From the NCBI RefSeq assembly GCF_036321535.1, contig NC_087437.1, forward strand, positions 41,170,001-41,234,000: a stretch of DNA of 64,000 nt, written 5' to 3'. Position numbers and translations under genes: made by a program. The stretch comes from Camelus dromedarius. Its lineage: Eukaryota. The notes under the pieces are model-generated. The model made no database searches and was not told where the DNA came from. It was given only the letters and a program-made list of their open reading frames with translations. How positions within the stretch are numbered: the first letter of the stretch is position 1; every line of letters begins with the position of its first letter. Shown here piece by piece: positions 27,446 to 42,460 of the stretch.

Positions 27446-30400
27446 TTCTTAGTGATAATATGTATACAACAATAATTTGAGGAAGCATATTTCAATGGTA
27501 AGAAAAAAGAGGGGTCCCAGTTGTTAGGTGATCCTGGATTTATCCCACAGGAAGCAGGAAGGGTTAGTAAAGAGAGATGCTTCCTTTATTCAGTCCATAT
27601 CGTCTCAGATCTGCTCTTAGGCTGCTCTCCCCAAAATTCCAGAACAACCCCTTCAAATCAAAGGTCACAGCATCCCAACTCCTGGGCATCCTTTATCACA
27701 TGACCAAGCCGGAAATTACTTCTTTAAGCCTTCATCTGACATTGTCAAGGCTCTTTTGTTGTTGTTGTTGTTGTTGTTTTGTTTTTGGCTGGGATTCTCT
27801 TATTTTCCAAAAGGAACATTTATATTCCTGGCCATATATACCCAGAGCTGCTTGCAAGCTGCGCTTAACTGCCCATGCTAGAGAGCAATAAACGTCCTTG
27901 ACGGGCCTTGTTTAAGCCTTTGGATACATTAGCAAGTCCCAAAGACACTTCAGAACTTAAATACGGGAGAAAATGTTCCAATTACAACTGGCAAGACAGA
28001 TCACAGGAGACGAGAAAGGGAAGAGGGAGGAACAAGATGAGGAGAGAGTCGGGGAGAGATAAGTTTCCTTTGTGGCCATGGTGTGACTCATTTTGGCAGG
28101 AGCTGGGTAATTCATTATGCTAGAGGTGCTGTGCAGCCCAGCCTGTGGCATGATTAATAGCCCAGTCCTGGGTGCATTACAAACAGAACAGAGACAAATT
28201 CTAGTGCCTCTGAGAAGACAGAGGCAAGCACAGAAATTCTGGCCAGTGTGGGGCCAGCTGCACGAAGGAAACCTGAACACAATGAGAGAGCATTCCTTCT
28301 GGGGCTCGGCTGTCCAACAAGTGAAGAGAACACTGTCAGACGGCAGAACCAGCCACACAGGAAAGAGAGGCAGGGTGGCCCAGGAAGAGAACCCCAGCAT
28401 ACTCCGAGAGGCAGAAAGAACACATCCTGTGCAGCCAGTAGACCTGAGTTGAGCCCCTCAACTCCTCTGAGCCCACCTCCTCAGCTGTAATATGAAGAGA
28501 ACACCTATTGTGCTGGGTTAATACAAGAACCCAATAAGATAAGATACGCAAAGTGCATAACACAATGCAGTGCACATAGTGGGTATTTAACAAATACTGG
28601 TATAGACAGATCCTGAAGTCCAGTTACCAGTGCAGAACCAGCAAAGCTGAGGCAGGTGAGCTGACGATGAGCTCTGGTACTTAAGGGCACTCAAGGAAGT
28701 TGTTGGGATGATGCAGGAATAAACAAGAAGCTTAGCGGAAGGAAACAGGAAAGGGCGTGTCCTTCCTCCCCCAGCCCTGCAGTCTACCTCTATGGGCAGA
28801 GCTGAAGAAGTCAGATGGACAGGCGGAAACGGGGTTCGCCGAGTCCTAGCCCCATCATCCCACAGCAGAGGGTAGCAAGGTGGTCTCGAGTTGACAGACA
28901 ATAGCTCTATAATAGGCACAACTGGTACAGTGGATTCTACCAAGTTTCAGCAAGACCAAGAAATCCATCTTTTTTACCAAGAGAAATCAGTCTTCTGTCA
29001 TGTAACTTATTTACCATTCTCTTTTTGGAAGTGTTCCCACTGGAAAAAGAAAATTGAACTTATTGTGGTCCCTAAGGGCAGCACCTTAATCTAGAGGTAG
29101 AAGTTACAGATAAGTGAATTCTAGTTCAACACAAGCAGACAGTTAGAGGTGTCTAATACAAATGGGAGGTCCAAATCCTATGATGTTGCTGTTGCTGTTG
29201 CTGGGTTTCTCAGGTCAAAAATGGTCCAAATGGCAGTACCATCATGACACATAAACACAACGATTAACTATCATATATTGAGTACTTACCAAGGGTTAGA
29301 CACTGAATCAATACCTTTATATATGTTAGCTCACTTTATTCTAATAAATAATTAATAATAATTCTAATAAAATTGTAATTTACGATTTTTTAAATTCCCA
29401 CAGGTGCTCAGAAAGGTTAAATAACTTCCCTGAAGGAAAACAGTGCGAGGAGGTGAAGTCTACATTTTAAACCAGTCCTGTCCCACTTCAAACGCCTGCC
29501 GCTTACTCACTATGCCATATACTTACAAACAACATTATGTATCAACAGAGCCAAGGTGGTGAGTTCAGGGTCCCAGAGGACGTTCAAGCACCGGCACTTA
29601 CTCATAATCCCATTTCATCCACATTTGTTATCTGACCAAAGGGAAAGTGCTGGAAGAATAGCTTATTCTCTTCACGTGGGGATCAGCCTGAAGCCCAGAG
29701 GAGGTGGTGATGTGTCTAGTCAAGGAATCCTGTCTAGGTGGGTGTGAACATGGAGCATAAGAAATAATGTTTACCAGAAGTTTGTTTCCGCTGGTGAGAT
29801 AACACTGGTGTCTGTATCCTCCTTCCTTCTTACTCCATGGGGTTCGGACCCTGTTGGACTCTCAGGAGACAGAGGCCAGGCCTTGTCTGAGAGGTAAATC
29901 TCGTTCTGCAGTCTGAATATCATCCTCTCACATGACACCCTGCATGCATCTCGGTGACTCGCTCCCACCCACCGACTAGTGAGGTTGGCTCACTTCATCT
30001 CCAGCCAAGCTGCTCGCCTAGAGGAGCTCTCTTCATCCTGCCTGAATAAAGCTAATTATCTGTAACACTGGAGAGTGAGTATTTGCTCTATGGCCAGAGC
30101 ACAATGTTCACCTAAACCCTACAGGAGACACCTGTGTCTGCAAACGATCCACAGCATCTGTGTGCCAAGTGTCGTAAACAGAATTTGGGTGGATAATAAA
30201 CAATATTATCACAGATCAGCCAGAGGATGGGGGGGTGGGGCTGAGGGGATATGCCATTTCACTGTAGTTCTCTTACTTTACTAAATTACTATAAAAGCAC
30301 GACCAGTTTATGGTTTAAAAAATCAGAACAGAATAGAAAGATATATAAAATAAAAAGTTGAAGTTCTTCATCCACATGCCATTTGTCCAGGGGGTAGGGG

Positions 30401-33056
30401 AAGTTAAAACTCTATTACATGTGCTATGCTGTAAGTTGCTTTTCATACCTAACACTGCATCTTGGGATCTGCCCAGCTTCAGCGTATACACTACCTCACT
30501 GATGAAAGGGCTGCGTAGTATTCCAGCGGACAGATGTGCTAGTCTTTATTCAACAGATGTGCTATTTACGGGCTTTTGGCCACAGAGAACTTTCTTCAGC
30601 AAATAGTTCTGTTAAAGCAATAAATATACAGGACTATAAAATACTTGGCAAATCCTATCCAACCGAAATGAAATCCAGCTTTAAAAAATAACAATTTAAA
30701 CAGTCTACGAATTTTGAACAGTTTTATTAATTTCAAGGCTTTTGAATGCTTATTATTAAACGAGAAAGCTTTCATTATTGCCCCACATATTTATCAGGAA
30801 ATGAAACCTTTCCTTTCACTTGAAGTGTTTTGACAGATTTTCTGAAAACAAGAAAGGAAGGGTCTCTCAGGGAAAGTGAACACAGCAGGCAGATGAGATT
30901 CTGGCGCTCCGCCTAAGGATAGGGGTTATTTTTCAGTCAGTCACTTACTGCGCCAGGTAAATATCAGACAAAACCAGACTGTAATAAAAAGCAATGAGCT
31001 CTTCAGACTACTTTCCTACCGAGGTTCTAATTTTATTGAATTGCTCTAGTTTTTTTTTTTTTTTTTTTTAAATTTACAGCAGTTTCTAAAGACATTGTAG
31101 ACAAATGAAATAATAAATAGTAATCGAGAAATAATAAATCAAACAATAAAACCAAACTATACTCTTCTCTTTTGCATTTTTGTCTTTATTATAAAGAAAG
31201 GGCTTTTGTGATAGAAAAATCTAACAAAGGCCCATGGCATTCAAGTCATCTTTTATTCTAAACATGCCGTCTAGGCTGAAAGTATCTACAGCACAAGCCC
31301 AAAGTGCTGACACCAGTTCCTGAGGCTGGGATACACAGCTAGGCCAACTGGACAATCACACACACAGGACCAAACCACTGAACTTGGATGGCGTCGCAAA
31401 TGAACTTTCCAGTTGAAAACTGCACAAACAGACGCAGCTTGGCCAATTCCCTACACACAGTGGGTATTCAGTAAATACTCACTGAATGGATGAATAAATG
31501 GTTTTGAAAGTCAGTGTATTGTCAAGTTGTTCCCTGGTGACAGATCATATTCCTAAGAATAGTGAACAGAAAAAAGGATAAGATCTGATGCTAACAAAGA
31601 AGTAGGAAGATGTTTAAAGAACAATTTTTTCTCTGATTCACAGTAAAACTATCAAGTGGTTGAAATGAACCTTAAAGGAGCCCCCAAACCTTCTTTTCTG
31701 CTTGGTCTTCCTGTTTCTCCCTTCTGCCTGCTCCTTCTTTTACCCATGACAAGGGACCAAGGAAGCTCACACTGGAGCTGCCATGACTTCCTCCTCCTCT
31801 TGTACAACCTACATTTGTGATAATCCTCACAAACTAATTCGCACTAAGGTCTAAAATGACTGACACAGTTGAACCTGTTCTCTCATCAGGATTCTTTATT
31901 TTTTAACAAAAGACATAGAAATTAATCTTCAATTTGTTGATGTCTCAGGGTACTTTCACAGTCACATGAAGCCGCCGGTACCTCTGAAATCACCCTGGGC
32001 AGCACGACGCCCCCTGTGGTTGTTCATACACCAGGCTTTGTCCACACCTAGGGTTACGCATTAAGCTCAAAAACTTTTCACTGATTTCAAACTGCATTCC
32101 TTAGCCATAATTTGAAGAAAGGGGATCAAGACAAGAGTTTCATTTCAAGCTTTGGCTTGACCAGAAAGAAGTCTTTCTTCCAGTCACTCTACTGAAAACA
32201 ACTAAGTCACAGGGATGTATTTTATGCCCAGAACAAAAGTCCCACATGCACTGCAGCCAGCCAAAGTATTTAAAAGGCTAAAGCTAAGGTTAAAAGTTTG
32301 CAACACTCTGATTCTCCATGGTATGTTATAAAGTAGCCTGAAATATCTGTGGCCCAGATGGAGACTAGTTAGCGCTTGTTAAGTATAAACCATAGTTTGA
32401 AGAATGGCTTATGGCCAATTATGATACATATATCTGGTCAGGGACATATATTTTCTAGTGGCTCCCCTGAAGGGATTTGCAAATTAAATTATTTAAGTGT
32501 GCTTATCATTAGCGGTTTAAATAAATGACATTTATTTTGGCAAGAGATTAATTTTTAACTTGGCAGCTGTTTTCAGACAGATTGTTGTCAGGTTATTACA
32601 GTGACTAACTTTGAAAGAAGGAGAAAATTTACAGGAGATTATTTTGTTTTTAAACCTCCAAGCTTGCATTTTTACAGAGGCAAATAATTTTGTCAATGTT
32701 GAGACACTGGGTCCCAAAGACATTGCGATGTTTGCATCTTTGTGACCTGATTTCAATAATAACCCCACATGTGGAGAACTAAAAATGTTCTTTAAAAGAG
32801 GAATTCTTCAAATATCCTCTTCGGAGGCTGTTTTGTTGGTAAGTTGGATATTTATATAGGAGTGCATCAGAGGAACAGGGTAATATATTGGCAAGGCCTC
32901 TAAACAGAGTGTTGGGAGATGTGGGTTCAAGTCTCTCAGATGATCATAACTGGTTGTGCATTTGCAAAGGCCTTGGGCTTCAGTTTCCACATTTGTAACA
33001 TGAGAATATTTCAAGATGATCACTAAAGTCCTTTGGTGAAAAGTCCATGCATCTAT

Positions 33057-36000
33057 ATTCTTTTAAAAGATAAAATTGACAAATCTTTAGCTAGACTCAC
33101 TAAGAAAAAAGATAGAAAGCTGAAATAAAACCAGAATTGAAAGAGAAATTACAATGGATACCACAGAAATACGAAGGCTTATAAGAGACTACTAGGATCA
33201 GCTATATACACCAACACATTGGACAACCTAGAAGAAATAGATAAATTCTTGGAAGCAAACAACCTTCCAAGATTGAATAATGAAGAAATAGAAGATGTGA
33301 ATAGACCAATCACTAGTAAGGACATTGAAACAGTAATCAAAAACCTCCCCCCAAACAAAAGCTCAGGAAGCTTCACTGATGAAGCAAAGAGATGTAATAC
33401 CTAACCTTTTCAAACTCTTCTAAAAAACCGAAGGGGATGGAACCCTTCTTAACTCATTTGACGAGGCCAACATTACCCTGATACCAAAACCAGACAAGAA
33501 AAACACACACAAAAAAGAAAATAATGGGTCAATATCTCTGATGAACACACATGCAAGAATTCTCAGCAAAGTATTGGCAAACCATATATAATAACACATC
33601 AAGAGGATCATACGCCATGATACGTGGGATTTATCCGGGGATGCAAGGAAGGTTCCATATCTGGAATCAACCAATGTGACACACCATGTTAACAATATGA
33701 AGGATTAAAATCATATGACCATCTCAATAGATGCAGGAAAAACATTTGACAAGATTTAATATCCATTTATGATTTTAAAAAACTCTTAATAAAATGGATA
33801 TAGAAGAAATGTACCTCAACATAACAAAGGCAATATATGACAAACTCAGAGCTAATATCATACTCAGTGATCAAACACTGAAAACTTCTAAGATCAGAGA
33901 CAAACAAGGATGCCCACTCGCCACTCTTACACTCTAATTCAACATAGTGTTGGAAATCTCAGCCAGAGCAAATAGGCAAGAAAAAGAAATAAAAGGCATT
34001 CAAATTGGAGAGGAAGAAGTAGAACTGTCACTATTTGTGAATGACATTGTTTTGCTATTCATTTAGACATAGAAAATCCTAAAGATTACATTAAAAAACT
34101 GTTAGAAATAATAAATAAATACAGTGAAATTGCAGGGTCCAAAATCAATATACAAAAATCTGTCACATTCTTATATAACAACAAACTAGCAGAAAGATAA
34201 ATTAAGAAAATAGTCTCACTTACAATCACAACAAAAAGAATAAAACACCTAGGAATAAATTTAAAGAAGAAGGTGAAAACTGTTACTGAAAACCATAAGA
34301 CATTGTTGAAAGAAATTGAGGAAGACACAAAGAAATGGAAAGATAATCTCTGCTCATGGATTGGAAGTATTAATGTTGTTAAAATGTCCATATATCTAAA
34401 ATAATCTATAGATTCGTTGCAATCCTTATCAAAATTCAAATGACATTCTTCACAGAAATAGAACAAAACAATTCTAGTTTGTATGGAACCACAAAAGACC
34501 CTAAATAGCCAAAGCAATTCTGAGAAAAAAGAAAGAAGCTGGAGGTATCACACTTTCTGATTTTAAATTATACTACAAAGCTACAGTTATCAAAACAGCA
34601 TGGTACTGGCAGAGAAACAGACACACAGATCAATGGAACAGAATTGAGACCTCTGAAATAAACCCACAAATATAGACAACTAATTAGTACAAAGGCGCCA
34701 AGAAGATACAATGGAGAAAGGAAAGTCTCTTCAACAAATGGTGTTGGGAAAACTGGACAGCCACATACAGAAGAATGAAACTAGACCACCATCTTAAACC
34801 ATACACAAAAATTAACTTAAGATAGACCATAAAACTCCTAGAAGAAAACAAAGGCAGTAGACTCTTTGACATTGGTCTCAGCAATATCTTTTTGGATATG
34901 TCTCTTCAGGCAAGGGAAACAAAAGCAAAAATAAACAAATGGGACTACATAAAACTAATAAGCTTCTGCACAGCAAAAACCATCAACAAACCAAAAGACA
35001 ACCTATTGAATGGGAGAAGATATTTGCAAGTCATATATCCTGTAATGGGTTAATATCCAAAATATTAAAAAATTCATACAACTCAACAACAAAAACTCCC
35101 AAACAACCTGATTGAAAAAAGGGCAGAGAAGTTGAATAGACATTTTCTAAGGAAGATGTATAGATGACCAACCAGCAAATGAAAAAATGTTCAACATCAC
35201 TAATTATTAGGGAAATGCAAATCAAAACCACAATGAGATATAATCTTACACCTGTTAGAATGGTTATCATAAAAAAAAACCCAAAAACCAAAAACCAAAA
35301 AACAAAACCAAAAAAAACCAACCAAAAAAATCCCAAGAAACAACAAGAGTGGAGAGTAAGTGTTGAAAAGGGAACCCTTGTAGATTGTTGGGAATGTAAA
35401 TTGGTACAGTCACTATGGAAAATATTATGTACAGTCCATAAAAAATTAAGAATAGAACTATCATATGGTCCAGCTATTATACTTCTGGGTATTCAAAGAA
35501 TATGAAAACACTAACTTGAAAAGATGTATGTACCTCTATGACCACTACAGTAACATTTACAATAGCCAAGGTATGGAAACAGCCTAAGTATCCATAGATG
35601 GATGAATGGATAAAGAAGATGTGATATATATACATGTGTGTATCTGTGTATATATATATGAAATGGAATACTACTTAGCCATAAGAAGATGAAATCTTGT
35701 CATTTGTGACGTGAACGATCTTGAGGCTATTATGCGGAGTGAAATAAGTCAGATGGAGAAACAAGCACCATATGATTTTATTCATATGTGGAGTATTTAA
35801 AAACAAACAAACATGGTGCAGCCATTGTGGAAAACAGTACTGAGATTCCTCAAAAGACTAGAAATAGACTTACCATATGACCCAGTAATCCTGCTCCTGG
35901 GCATATATCCAGAAGGAACCATACTTCAAAAAGACACCTGCACCCCAATGTTCATAGCAGCACTATTTACAATAGCCAAGATAAGGAAACAGCCTAAATG

Positions 36001-36822
36001 TCCATCAACAGATGACTGGATAAAGAAGATGTCGTACATTTATACAATGGAATACTATTCAGCCATAAAAACTGACAACATAAGGCCATTTGCAGCAACA
36101 TGGATGTTCCTGGAGAATGTCATTCTAAGTGAAGTAAGCCAGAAAGAGAAAGAAACATACCATATGAGATCGCTTATATGTGGAACCAAAAAAGCAAAAA
36201 ACAAAATAACATAAACATGAAACAGAAACAGACTCATAGACATATAATACAAATTTGTGGTTGCCAAAGGGGAGGGGGTGGGAAGGGATAGACTGGGAGT
36301 TCAACATTTGTAGATACTGATAGGTATATGTCGAATAGATAAACAAGATTATACTGCATAGCACAGGGAAATATATACAAGATCTTGTGGTAGCTCACAG
36401 TGAAAAAAAAGTGTGACAATGAATATATGTATGTTCATGTAAAACTGAAAAATTGTGCCCTACACTGGAATTTGACACAACATTGTAAAATGACTATAAC
36501 TCAACAAAAAAATGTTTTAAAAAAAGAAATAAAAACAAAACAAAAAAAATTCATATTCACTAATAAATACTGTATATACTCATAAAAACAAACAAAACAA
36601 AAACAGACACATAGAGATCGGTGGTTATCATAGGGGAAAGCAAAGCGGGTGCAGGGAGGGCAAAATGGGTAAAGAGGATTGACTGTACGGTGGGTGACAG
36701 ATGGAAATTAGACTTTTGGTGGTGAGCATGCTGTCCGTGGATACAGAAGTCGAAATATAATGTTGTATATGTGAAAGTTATATAATGTTACAAACCAGTG
36801 TTACTTTAAATAAGTATTTAAA
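33057..36822 (+). mobile_element. 5'-truncated, degenerate L1 (ORF2 RT/C-terminal region plus 3' UTR), antisense to TNIK, containing a nested younger L1
   Basis: ORF2 fragments such as MDNLEEIDKFLEANNLPRLNNEEI and [21 protein letters not shown]; many stops and frameshifts; degenerate TSD aaaagtccatgcatctat (33039-33056) / aaaggtccattcacctat (36823-36840). Confidence 0.93.
35812..36582 (+). mobile_element. Younger L1 3' fragment nested in the older L1
   Basis: Open ORF2 C-terminus 35813-36214 (DTCTPMFIAALFTIAK...YTMEYYSAIK); TSD taaaaacaaacaaa at 35798-35811 and 36583-36596. Confidence 0.9.
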
Positions 36823-37678
36823 AAAGGTCCATTCACCTATGAAGCTAGACTAGGTACTATTAGGTTTTTCCCAAGGTTGTCCTGTGATCTACACAAAGAC
36901 CACAGGGTGTCTCTCTGTCTACTGCACAATCTCAAAACCCACAGTTCTTACACCACATTTGCCTTTGATCTTAAGGTCTCAACTTTCAGCCGTTATTCAT
37001 GACAACAATATCATCTCACAATGCAGCTATCGATGGGATAGTAACCCCAAATTATGTTTGATTACTGGCTAGCAGACTAGAAAAGAGGTGGGCACAACTT
37101 CCACCGCTCTACTTAAACATTGCTTCGAATTTATTAGCAAGTTTCCAGTTTATGATACAAAAGAACAAGCCACAAACCACACTTTCATAAAACACTGCAA
37201 TATGCTACAGAAACACCATAAAGAGCTACCAATATCCTTTGATTCTCTCTCACTGAAAAGAAGTTCCAATAATTAAACTTTGATCAATGTAGAAGTGACT
37301 AAATAGGATTCTCTTTAATCAGAAAAAGATGACCCAAGACAACAAACTCATATCCTGGTTTCATTTAGCATAAAGAGCTCTCAGAATATATATACTTCGC
37401 CAAAAACCTGAAATCTATTTTCTAATAGGAAGCAAGAGTAAGCTCAAAAAATACAGAAAGTGGTTTAAACATTTTTTACAAATAGGCAATCAGATATGAT
37501 GGGTAAGTTCATTAAAAAGATTCTCACTGGAATGTCTTATAATTTTAACTTCAAATAATGTGTTTTAGTTTCCCCTTTGGTTTACATAAATCATAAGCCA
37601 AGGCCATGACAATTTTCTACAAGACTCAGGGTGTGACGTTAGGCATAGTTAGATACTTAACGAAGCAGTAAGAAGTCA

Positions 37679-37816
<138 letters not shown>

Positions 37817-37909
37817 TTATGGAAAGACAAATAAGTAAAGTCTGTAATCTAAGGTCTTATATTGTAATAAAACAAATGTGTGTGTGCGTGTGTGTGTGTT
37901 TACTGCGCT

Positions 37910-38335
37910 AAATACACATAATGTGAAATTTACCATTTTAACCATTTCAGGATGGATAGTTTTGTGGTATTAAGTACATTCACATTATTTTGCAATCATA
38001 ACCATCATCCAACTCTAGAACTTTTTCGTCCTCCTTCACTGAAACTCCGTAGCCATTAAACAGTAACTCCTCTCTCTCCTCTCCCCTCAGCCCCTCGCAA
38101 GTACCATTCTACTTTCTATCTCTATGAATCTGACTACTTGTATGTTGAATCATACATTACTAGTCTTTTGGGGACCAGCTTATTTCACTTAGCATAATGT
38201 CCTCAAGGTTAATCCATCTTGCAGCACGTGCCAGAATTTCCTTTCTTTTTAGGACTGAATAATACTCCATTGTGTGCAGATAACACGTTTTGTTTATCCA
38301 TTCATCTATTGATGGACACTTGAGATGCTTTTCTT
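37910..38335 (-). mobile_element. L1M 3' UTR fragment about 100 nt from the exon 7 acceptor
   Basis: aaatttaccattttaaccattt...tttatccattcatctattgatggacactt. Confidence 0.8.
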
Positions 38336-38499
38336 TTTACTATTGTGAATGTATATTTTTAACCTGCATGTGTAAATGGATAAAGCATACCAATGAGAAA
38401 AGCATGAAGGGTTGTTTGGTTACACAAAGCGCAGTGGAGGACCACACAGGTATTAAATTAAAGGCAAGCTTGGTTGCCATAAAGGGTAGTATTTAGAGG

Positions 38500-38760
38500 A
38501 TACAGACAAAGTGGTTAATAGCTAAGTTTCTGGAGTCACACTGCTTAAATTTGCATCACATTTCTGACACTTATTAGTGATGTGACCTAGGGCTAGTAGA
38601 TTAACGTCTTTGAACTTCAGTTTCCTAATCCATAAAATGAGGATGATGATTTTCACATAGAGTTGCTCTGATGTTTAAGCAAGATAATCTACATAAAAAC
38701 ATTTTGTACAGGACCTGGCACATAACATTCTCTCAACAAGTAACTGTTAATTAGTGATGT
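38500..38760 (+). mobile_element. MIR SINE
   Basis: tgtgacctagggctagtagattaacgtctttgaacttcagtttcctaatccataaaatgagg. Confidence 0.75.
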
Positions 38761-39669
38761 GTGAATATTCTGAGGATAGCTTATGTAGTTAGTGCATATA
38801 TAACTGCTTTCCCTACATAATGTATGCTTTTGTGTTAAAAGGGAATATTCATGAGATGAAGGTTTGGCCCTAAATGCTAACGAAGGAAAAAAATAGAAAT
38901 TATATATTTTAACAAAAAGGTGAGAGCAAATTTGGATTATAAACACAGGAGATATTTAAATCTCTTTGAAAATAAATAATCATATGGACAGTGATTCTTC
39001 TCTAGAAGACAAACTACATATCTTGCAGGATATTTGTCAATGTATGTTGCGTATGTTCAATGCATATACACTGAACAGTCACATGAATGTGGGGATTCTT
39101 TACCTTATCTGGAAAATCCCAGATTTATTGGGGGAAGGGCTCTAAAGGGCAGTACCAGAGAAAAGGATTCCCTCACTGATAATACTGGCAGATGGGGTGG
39201 AATATCAGTATGCATGTAAAGTAGAATATTGAGCATCCATTTTGTACAAGTGCCCTAGGTAATAATGAAATCAATGTAAATATAACTTAAAACATATGGG
39301 GATATAGCAGGAATTCATGAGGCTAAATATGTCTAACTGTGGATATTTTCAATTAAAAAATGAGTCATCATCGTTCTGTTACAGCAGCAACAATATAAAC
39401 AAACTACAAGATACAGGAAACGATTTCAAGGTCAGTCTTTTAATTTAAAGGATCTTTGCTTAAAAAACAAACTCAGTTATTTCTACACATTGATTAAGCA
39501 CGTGATTCTGCTTGCCATATTGTATACCAATTCATTCCTCAAAGTGCTTTTAGAAAACGTTTTTTTAAATAGACATTTTCCTTCCCTTTGTAGGTACAAT
39601 GACCTCTAAATCCACAGTGAGAAATTTACATTCATTATTAAAAAAAAACAAACTGAAATAATCCTATCA

Positions 39670-39789
<120 letters not shown>

Positions 39790-40274
39790 CTAGAGCGACG
39801 AAGAATGAGAGGGTTAATGGGAATACAACCCCAGGAGCAAAAAACTATTTTGGATGTTAATGACCCCCCTCAAATTTAAACTTACCCAGAGTATGTCCAT
39901 TATTTTATTCATATCTTTCATGTGGTAATAATTCTAAATATAGCACTATGCTTAACTGCTCTAAACTGTAGGCGATTGATCGATATAAACTGAAACATAC
40001 AGGCGGTCCTTGTGATGCATGGTACTGTGTTGAATGAAACGGATGCATATTGGCTTTGACCTCAGGTAACAAGGAATAACACAGGCAATGATACAATTCC
40101 AACACGCACACGTTTCAGCTATCAGTGCTGTGAAAAGTGAGGACCACCTGTATTTGCTAGTTTGTAACAGGAACATCTATAGAGTCTCTGAACAGAAAAC
40201 TGATTTAACTGAATTCTCTACGTTTTGGGGGGCATTTTTAAATTTAAAAGTTACCTTCTATTATACAGTTTTCA

Positions 40275-40414
40275 GGGGAAGGGGATAGGTCAGTGGTAGA
40301 GTGCCTGCCTAGCATGCACAGTCTTGGGTTCAATCCCCAGTACCTCCATGTAAAAAATAAGTAAATAAATAAATCTAATTATCTCCTCCCCTTAAAAGAG
40401 GGGAGGGGGCATTT
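40275..40414 (+). mobile_element. tRNA-Ala-derived Vic-1-like SINE, long form
   Basis: cagtggtagagtgcctgcctagcatgcac...gggttcaatccccagtacctcc; TSD tattatacagttttca (40259-40274) / tattacacagttttca (40415-40430). Confidence 0.9.
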
Positions 40415-41699
40415 TATTACACAGTTTTCATTAAGCACAGTAAAATACTTCACAGACCAGCCAGGAAATTTCCCACTGGCTTTAGAAAATGTCTCACATT
40501 AAAACAGGAAAACAACAATTTCTGTTTCCTGTGTTGATGTTCATCACTGCCATTTTTAGTGCTTTATGATATCTGTGACTTTGTGCTCATTATATGAAAT
40601 AATTATTCACTGACATCTAAAACTGACTATGTTCCATTTCTCCATGAACTACTCTGATTTTGGTGGGTTCTAAAAACTACAGACTTGCTCTAAGGTGGTC
40701 ACATGTTTCTCAGATAAATTGTAACCTAAAAGAATCTAAAATTGGAGTCTTGAAGCAAACTATGTTAACACTTGCTAATTCAAGGTATTGGACCCTCACT
40801 TTTATTTATGATTTTCTCTGTTGTTAATTTCTCTCCACGGTAACAAAACCATGGTATGAAAGATGAAGTTGAAACAAAAAGAAAAATCTAAATATCTGAA
40901 TCTTCTTGTTGAGAAAATTCAGCAAGAGAATATAAATGCCCCAAAAGATCCACGTTGCTCTTTGAGAATATTAATAAACATAAACCATGAGACAGGGCAT
41001 TTTTGGGGCACTGGTTTGGGTCTTTAAAAATTACCTTTCAATCTAGTCAATTTGGCTGAAGGTAGGCATCCAGTAGATTAAAATGTATTGTTTTCATGGC
41101 ATATTAACACTCCGTAAATCATTAAAGGAGGGACTGAAGATCTTTTTCCCTCCTTTACCACCAATGTGGTTGGAAGCTGATACCAGAGCACGTAAGTGAG
41201 TCAAAGTTTGGGCTTAATTAGATCATATGATGCATGAAGGGTCATCTCTGAAACTTCTTGTGGCCAGGGGCCTATGGGGGATCAAATGTCCTTTCCATGA
41301 ATCACCTTATCCCAAATACTAGAATCATTTGGGAGAATGTATTGGGAGAAGGAAGCGAACCATGTTTTCACACATTTTAAAACCAGCTATTGAGAGACAC
41401 TCATGGACTGAAACCTCCAGGCTGCTTGTAGAACCCTGGAGATCACACGACTGACCCCTGTGGGGCTCCCCACGAGTGCAGGAAGACAGAGCGGGCAGAA
41501 CCAGCCCTAGAGACTCAGTAGATTCTTGGCACCCACGGGGTAGTCTGGATGGCTAAATAACATGTCATGTTTTCCTGAATGAGCAGAATTCCAGATAAGA
41601 AATTCAAATAAACTTTACACAATGGCACATAAATACTTGGAGATACACGTCAGATCTGAAGGACATCAGAAGCCGTACCTCATCGTTTTCCCCTCAAGT

Positions 41700-42460
41700 T
41701 TGGTTTTGCGTTCTGTTTGAGAAATCTTTTTGCCCACTTAAAGCCATGGAGGTATTACCCTATATTTTCTCCTAAGAGCTTTATTTTTTATATCTTTCAC
41801 ATTTATATCCATAATCCAGCTGGAATTGATTTTTCAATATGGTATAAAGCAGGCGTCAAGCTTCATGTTTTCATATGGATATTCAATTCATTGATTGCCA
41901 TTTACTGATAAGAGCACCCTCTCCCTATGCATTCTGTCCTGCTTTTGTCATTAATCAGGTGTCCACAGGAAGTGGGTCTGTTCATGGAGTCTCCATTCTG
42001 TGTGGTTGGCCATTTGTCTATTCTTGTGATAATACTGCTCTGTCTCAATTACTTAGCAGCTTTATAATAAGTCCTGATAACTGGCAGCATAAATTCTTCA
42101 GCTTTGTTCCTCAAAATTGCCTTGGCTATTCTTGGCCCTTTGCATTTCCATATAATGTTTTAAAAATCAGCTTGTCAAGACCCACAAATGTACCGAGAGG
42201 GATTTTGGTAGGCAGTTTAATAAAACCAAGGATCAAATTAGGGAGAAATAACATCGATACAATATTCAGCATTCTAATTCATGAAATAGGATATACACCT
42301 CCATTTATTAAGGTCTTCTTTAATTTGTAACATTTTGTAGTTTTCAGTGTAGAAGTCGTTCACATCTTTCTGTACATTTATTTCTAAGTGTTTGTTTTTT
42401 TATGCTATTACAAGTATTATCATTTAAACATTTTCATTTTCTATTTGCTTTTTGCCTAAT
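41700..42460 (-). mobile_element. Old L1 ORF2 fragment
   Basis: ttggctattcttggccctttgcatttccatataatgttttaaaaatcagcttgtcaa is typical reverse L1 ORF2. Confidence 0.8.

Noticed and set aside
35813..36214. 133-aa ORF as a host gene
   Set aside because: It is the C-terminus of L1 ORF2 in a 5'-truncated insertion.
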